A stretch of DNA of 32,000 bases, taken from NCBI GenBank assembly GCA_038889235.1, contig JAWAHN010000001.1, forward strand, positions 90,001 through 122,000, read 5' to 3'. A model generated the notes under the pieces. The model was given only the letters and a program-made list of their open reading frames with translations. It made no database searches and was not told the DNA's origin. The position numbers were made by a program, and so were the translations under genes. Origin of the DNA: Candidatus Jordarchaeales archaeon (GTDB lineage Archaea; Asgardarchaeota; Jordiarchaeia; Jordiarchaeales; Freyrarchaeaceae). Of the stretch, positions 27,339 through 32,000 are shown piece after piece (positions within the stretch are counted from its first letter, which is position 1; the number at the start of each line of letters is the position of its first letter).

Positions 27339-28265
27339 GTGAACAGTTTTAAGGCGATAGATTTTCATATCCACCCATTTGTACATGTTTCTCCTTCTGA
27401 AATCCTTAGTGCTATGGACAACGCAGAGGTCGAAAAGGCGGTATTAATAGGTTTAGATATTGACCCCACCGACATCGACATTAAAAGAGTGAGGAGCCGT
27501 ATAGAGATTGCGCTCCTAAACTTAACGATGGGGCTAGTCTATATACCATTCGAGGAGCTGAGGAAGGAAGCTTACGATCTCATGCCGCAGTTTAGGATAG
27601 ATAATGAGCATGTGGCCAAGCTTGTTAAGTTGTGGCCTGAAAGGTTTGTGGGCTTTGGCTCTATCGACGTTTGTAAAGGGAAGAGGTACATAGAGAGGAC
27701 TGTCAGGAAAATTAAAAAACTTGGGCTTAAAGGAGTCAAAGTGCTGCCGACAGCACAGTTCTTCCACCCTGTCCTGGATAGGGAACTGGTCGACTTACTG
27801 TTTTCTCTTTGCGAGAAAGAGAAACTGGCAGTAATATATCACACGGGGTGCGACGTTGGGGCGTTTGAGCTCCCCCATCTCTCCGAAAGCGCGAACCCTA
27901 TACTACTCAATAACATCCTCGAAAACTACCCAAACCTGAAGATAATCCTTTCCCACTTCGGCAGCTATTCGGCGAAATATCCCAAAATATGGTTTAAAGA
28001 GTGCGTTGAGATAATGAAAAAGTACGACAACACGTATGCTGACACGGCCGCGGTTCCATATATTTTGGATGACGAGAAGGCTGTGGCAAAGATAAGGGCG
28101 GAGGTCGGCTTTGAAAGAGTGTTCTTCGGATCAGACTATCCGGCAGTTCTGTTCGTGACCATAAAGGATGAGAAAGAACTTATTGAAAACTCGTCACTTT
28201 TAACCGCTGAGGAAAAAGAGCTTGTTCTCTACGAAAATGCTGAAGAGTTCCTTAAAAGCCTTTGA
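27339..28265 (+). CDS. Amidohydrolase-family (Amidohydro_2) TIM-barrel metallohydrolase
   Basis: IDFHIHP, YHTG, ILSHFG, YADTA and FFGSDYP. Confidence 0.9.
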   Translation: MNSFKAIDFHIHPFVHVSPSEILSAMDNAEVEKAVLIGLDIDPTDIDIKRVRSRIEIALLNLTMGLVYIPFEELRKEAYDLMPQFRIDNEHVAKLVKLWPERFVGFGSIDVCKGKRYIERTVRKIKKLGLKGVKVLPTAQFFHPVLDRELVDLLFSLCEKEKLAVIYHTGCDVGAFELPHLSESANPILLNNILENYPNLKIILSHFGSYSAKYPKIWFKECVEIMKKYDNTYADTAAVPYILDDEKAVAKIRAEVGFERVFFGSDYPAVLFVTIKDEKELIENSSLLTAEEKELVLYENAEEFLKSL

Positions 28266-28277
28266 GGTTGATGGGAA

Positions 28278-29141
28278 GTGGAGGTAACTTTCCTGGCTTC
28301 TGAGAGCCTCGGAACAAGAAGTATGTCTACGGTCGTTAAGGCTGGCCGTTTAACCATACTCATAGACCCGGGAGTGGCCTTGGCTCCGAGGAGGTATGGG
28401 CTCCCGCCTCACCCCATCGAACTGGAAAGAATGAACGAACACTGGGGGAAGATAAAGGAGGCTGCCGCGACCGCTGACGTCATCATAGTTACACATTACC
28501 ACTACGACCATCACAATCCACATGACCCCTCCATATACAAGGATAAAATTGTTCTCGTTAAGCATCCAACGAAGAAAATCAACGCCAGCCAAAAGAGGAG
28601 GGCGGCGTTTTTCCTGGAACAAGTTAAACCATTCGCGGGGGTTATAGAGTACTCTGATGGTAGAGAGTTCAGCTTCGACGATGTCACCCTGAGGTTTTCG
28701 CAGCCTGTCTTTCATGGAACAAACGAGAAGCTTGGATACGTGACAGAGGTGTCGATATCGAGGGGGGGACGCACACTGGTTTTCACTTCTGATGTCGAGG
28801 GGCCAAGTTTGGAGGAGCAGGCGAAGTTCATATTGCAGGAGGACCCGGACATATTGGTTTGCGATGGCCCGGTAACGTACATGCTCGGTTACCGTTACAT
28901 GTATGAAAGTCTCGAACAAAGCCTATTTTACGCTTCAAAAATACTTCACGAAACTAAGGTGAAAGACTTCATTTTAGAGCATCACCTTCTGAGGGATCTA
29001 GAGTGGAGGGATAGGATTAAGCCACTGCTCCTTGAAGCCGAGGAGTGCGGGGTGAATGTTAGGACTGCCGCAGAGTACATGGGCCTTGAAAACGATTTCC
29101 TGGAGGCTAACAGGAAGAATCTCTGGGGGCGTACCACGTGA
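28278..29141 (+). CDS. UPF0282-family metallo-beta-lactamase-fold protein
   Basis: LASESLGTRSM, IDPGVALAPRRYGLPPHP, HYHYDHH, VFHG, FTSDVEGP and HHLLRD. Confidence 0.9.
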   Translation: MEVTFLASESLGTRSMSTVVKAGRLTILIDPGVALAPRRYGLPPHPIELERMNEHWGKIKEAAATADVIIVTHYHYDHHNPHDPSIYKDKIVLVKHPTKKINASQKRRAAFFLEQVKPFAGVIEYSDGREFSFDDVTLRFSQPVFHGTNEKLGYVTEVSISRGGRTLVFTSDVEGPSLEEQAKFILQEDPDILVCDGPVTYMLGYRYMYESLEQSLFYASKILHETKVKDFILEHHLLRDLEWRDRIKPLLLEAEECGVNVRTAAEYMGLENDFLEANRKNLWGRTT

Positions 29142-29142
29142 C

Positions 29143-29814
29143 TCAAGAGGTTAGAAGTGTCTGTACGTAACTTCTTGAGACGGAGTGCGCCATTCTTATT
29201 GGCTCAGGGGTACGGTTCTTCGAGGTTTCAACAACCAGTTTGATAGCCGTGTTTAAGGATACCTTGTGCCCTACGCTGACATAGACTGGTTTTAACCTTT
29301 TAATGGAGACCGCTGCGCCGGCGACTCTACCCCTTACAACTATGGGAGTTACCGTTACGCGTTCTCCAAGTTTAATTGGATCTAGGAGCTCGCCGCAAAG
29401 TAGGCTTTTAGCGACTCCAACTGTAGGTTTGTCGAGCAGCACTCCTAGGTGGGACGCTGCCCCGAGAAAGTACGGGTGAAGCACGCCATTCGCATCCACC
29501 ATAAAGACGTCCACTCTTTCTTTGAGGCGCTTGACAGCCTTCATTAGGATGGGTGTTTCTCTAAACGATAGGAAGGTCGGGATGTACGGGAAGTACACTT
29601 TTGATGGGATCACAACTGTTTCGACCTCTTCTAACCCATCAAGTTTGAGAGTAACCGCGCACGCTACAGCCATTTCTCCCCTATACGAGACGTCGAGGCC
29701 GCAGACGTTTTCGAGTTTATCGAAGCAGTCTCTCTCAATGACTCTTTCTGCAAGCTTCAACTGTATTGCCCTCAGTTTCTCGAGACTAACTCTATGTGGC
29801 GCTTCCCTTTTCAA
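29143..29814 (-). CDS. nfi: Endonuclease V (deoxyinosine 3'-endonuclease); start re-called to TTG 29814
   Basis: GLDVSY, YIPTFLSFRE, VDANGVLHP, GVAKS, YVSVGH and PEPIRMAH. TTG 29814 with upstream GAGGGTG removes the overlap with the upstream gene. Confidence 0.93.
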   Translation of the reverse strand: MKREAPHRVSLEKLRAIQLKLAERVIERDCFDKLENVCGLDVSYRGEMAVACAVTLKLDGLEEVETVVIPSKVYFPYIPTFLSFRETPILMKAVKRLKERVDVFMVDANGVLHPYFLGAASHLGVLLDKPTVGVAKSLLCGELLDPIKLGERVTVTPIVVRGRVAGAAVSIKRLKPVYVSVGHKVSLNTAIKLVVETSKNRTPEPIRMAHSVSRSYVQTLLTS

Positions 29815-29824
29815 GAAGACACCC

Positions 29825-30640
29825 TCACGGGAGGTCGTATTGTTCGGGGGTGAAGTCTTCAACTAGAGGGGAGCTTGTCGCAATTTGTTCAAGGCTTGCT
29901 ACCATGTTGTTAAATACGAGCTCGAAGAGACCCCTGGCACCCTCCCCCACGGACACCCTCACAAATATGAAGAGGGAGCTGCTACCTATTCTTTTAAGGC
30001 GCCACTCCTCGACGCTCTTCTTCCCCTTGCTTGACAGACTTAACACGACTCCGGGTGCATTGGGTAGCGCCTTCAACATGTTGAAGCACGCCTGCCTTAT
30101 TTTGACGTCGGGCTTCTTCCCAGGCTCCCAACTGGCGATTATACCTCTCTCCATCGATAAGAGGTACACGTTGTGGACAACTATGTTGAGATTACTCCTG
30201 TTGGTGAGCTGCTGCCTGATTTTTTGGTCGAGTAGCCGCGTAAACCCCCTCGGAACACCTTCTGGTGAAAGTATCTTGAGTAGGAGTTTTTTCGTGTTTT
30301 CGTCTATTGGGAGATGAGGGGTTTTCAAGGCCTGTGAAAAGTCACAGTTTTTCTCAAGGAGCTTCACAGCGGTGGAAACCTTGTAGTACACCAGATCAGA
30401 GTTGTCCGTGGAGTCGTGTACGCAAACCCACAGACCGCGTAAGGTCTCAACTAGGGTCAGCGCGTAGGGCGCTATTTCAACCTCACGGTACCACTGTTTC
30501 TTACCAAATATTTCAGTGAGAAACCTGTTTAAAGCGTGGACCATGCCAGAAAAAAGCGTGTACTCTATCTTCCCCGTGCCGTCGTCATAAGCAATCCTTC
30601 CAATGCCATCCTCCCCTATGAAAAGTAGCACATGAATCAT
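29825..30640 (-). CDS. Tandem longin-like domain protein
   Basis: Domain 1: IHVLLFI / GIGRIAY / TLFSGMVHALNRFLTEIF / YREVEI / YALTLVET / LWVCVHD / helix. Domain 2 repeats the beta-beta-alpha-beta-beta-beta-alpha order. Confidence 0.65.
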   Translation of the reverse strand: MIHVLLFIGEDGIGRIAYDDGTGKIEYTLFSGMVHALNRFLTEIFGKKQWYREVEIAPYALTLVETLRGLWVCVHDSTDNSDLVYYKVSTAVKLLEKNCDFSQALKTPHLPIDENTKKLLLKILSPEGVPRGFTRLLDQKIRQQLTNRSNLNIVVHNVYLLSMERGIIASWEPGKKPDVKIRQACFNMLKALPNAPGVVLSLSSKGKKSVEEWRLKRIGSSSLFIFVRVSVGEGARGLFELVFNNMVASLEQIATSSPLVEDFTPEQYDLP

Positions 30641-30740
30641 CTTTCTCCCTCTAAAATTAGAAACTGGGAGATAAAGGATAAAACGCTAACGCAAAAAAGT
30701 TTTCTAGATTACCTGGTGAGCGATTTTAGGGGGGAGTTTC

Positions 30741-31877
30741 TTGGAATTTGAGCTCACTGAGGAACAGAAAATGGTTAGACGGGTCACTAGGGAGTTCGCG
30801 GAGAAAGAGATAGCTCCAAAGGCGAGGGAGTATGATGAAAGAGAGGAGCTACCATGGGAGGTCATAAAAAAGCTCTTCGAACAGGGAATAATGGGGTCCA
30901 TGATACCTGAGAAGTATGGTGGCTCCGGGCTGGACAGCGTCGCCCAGACAATAACGATAGAGGAAGTGGCGAGAGTTTGCGCTTCAACAGCCATGACGGT
31001 TTCAATACACAGCTCCCTGTGCTCTTACGCCATACTGAAGTTCGGCTCTGAGGAGCAGAAGGAGGAATACCTCCCCCGGCTTGCGAGAGACACCCTAGCG
31101 GCTTTCTCCCTTACCGAAGCAGAGGCTGGCTCCGATCCTTCGGGGATAAAGACGAATGCAACGCTGGACGGGGACGAATACGTTTTAAACGGAACCAAGA
31201 CGTTTGTCACTAACGGCGAGGAGGCGGGGTTAATAATAGTCTTTGCCCGGACAGGGGGTGGCGACACGAAAAAGGCTCTAACCGCCTTCCTGGTTGAGAA
31301 GGGGACCCCTGGTCTGAGGGTGGGAAAGAGGGAGAGGAAGCTTGGAGTGAGGGCGGCTAGCCTAACCGAGCTCATCTTCGAGGACTGCAGGGTTCCCAAG
31401 GAGAATGTGCTTGGGGGCGTTGGGGAGGGCTATAAGGTTGCTCTAGCAAGCCTTGACTCGGGGAGGATAGGCATAGCGTCGCAAGCTGTAGGAATAGCTC
31501 AGGCGTCACTTGAGGCATCCATAAGACACGCTAAAGAGAGAGTGCAGTTCGGCGTCCCAATAGCCAGTTTTCAAGCGATACAGTGGATGATAGCGGACAT
31601 GGCAACCGAGATAGAGGCTGCACGGTTGCTCACATATAGGGCAGCCTACCTGAGGGGTAAGGGGGTGAGGTTCACGTTAGAGGCTTCCATGGCTAAGCTT
31701 TACGCTTCAGAAGTGGCAATGAAAGCCGCGAGGAACGCCGTCCAGATATTTGGAGGTTATGGTTTAACGAGAGACTACCCTGTAGAAAGGTTTTTCAGAG
31801 ATGCTAAATGCACCGAGATCTACGAAGGAACGAGCGAAATTCAGCGCTTAATTATAGCCAGCCAGCTTTTGAGGTAA
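30741..31877 (+). CDS. Acyl-CoA dehydrogenase (short/branched-chain type)
   Basis: [52 protein letters not shown], and catalytic IYEGTSEIQ. Confidence 0.96.
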   Translation: MEFELTEEQKMVRRVTREFAEKEIAPKAREYDEREELPWEVIKKLFEQGIMGSMIPEKYGGSGLDSVAQTITIEEVARVCASTAMTVSIHSSLCSYAILKFGSEEQKEEYLPRLARDTLAAFSLTEAEAGSDPSGIKTNATLDGDEYVLNGTKTFVTNGEEAGLIIVFARTGGGDTKKALTAFLVEKGTPGLRVGKRERKLGVRAASLTELIFEDCRVPKENVLGGVGEGYKVALASLDSGRIGIASQAVGIAQASLEASIRHAKERVQFGVPIASFQAIQWMIADMATEIEAARLLTYRAAYLRGKGVRFTLEASMAKLYASEVAMKAARNAVQIFGGYGLTRDYPVERFFRDAKCTEIYEGTSEIQRLIIASQLLR

Positions 31878-31882
31878 TAGGC

Positions 31883-32000
31883 ATGCACGTCATAGTCTGC
31901 GTGAAGCAGGTTCCAAGTGTGGAAGAGGTAAAGGTCGATGCTGAGACAGGCAGGATTCTTAGGGAAGAGCTACCGCTTATGGTGAACCCTAACGACAGGA
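31883..32000 (+). CDS. etfB: Electron transfer flavoprotein beta subunit, 5' part (runs off the window)
   Basis: Translates as MHVIVCVKQVPSVEEVKVDAETGRILREELPLMVNPNDR, the canonical EtfB/FixA N-terminus, 5 bp after the acyl-CoA dehydrogenase stop. Not in the ORF track. Confidence 0.92.
   Translation, partial: MHVIVCVKQVPSVEEVKVDAETGRILREELPLMVNPNDR

Noticed and set aside
29143-29862. 38-bp overlap of nfi with the longin-like gene
   Set aside because: Artefact of longest-ORF calling; a TTG start at 29814 with an SD-like sequence removes it.

Overview
A gene-dense archaeal chromosomal window with about 30 genes. It contains no tRNA, rRNA, CRISPR array, integrase or transposase that I can recognise. 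Housekeeping content: thiI, purN, archaeal-type thrS, top6B-top6A, guaB, Trm5-family methyltransferase, GTPBP1/2-type translational GTPase, endonuclease V, acyl-CoA synthetase, acyl-CoA dehydrogenase with the start of etfB, ModE plus molbindin, MFS transporter, UPF0280, UPF0282, amidohydrolase and nitroreductase. Several eukaryote-signature-like proteins suggest (inference) a thermophilic Asgard archaeon: a tandem longin-like protein, a HEAT-repeat protein ending in a PCI-type winged helix, and a membrane protein with tandem winged helices. The observations most worth follow-up are: (1) a stand-alone wHTH-CARF regulator with reversed domain order and a non-canonical ligand motif; (2) a translational GTPase whose N-terminal domain keeps a Schlafen/AlbA_2-like E-x4-E-x-K...D motif, in an apparent operon with guaB and trm5; (3) a topoisomerase VI with an extra winged helix on subunit A and a roughly 150-aa acidic-then-basic tail on subunit B; (4) the longin and PCI proteins; (5) two sets of helically phased short direct repeats right after a small wHTH gene. 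All assignments come from reading motifs by eye; no database search was run.
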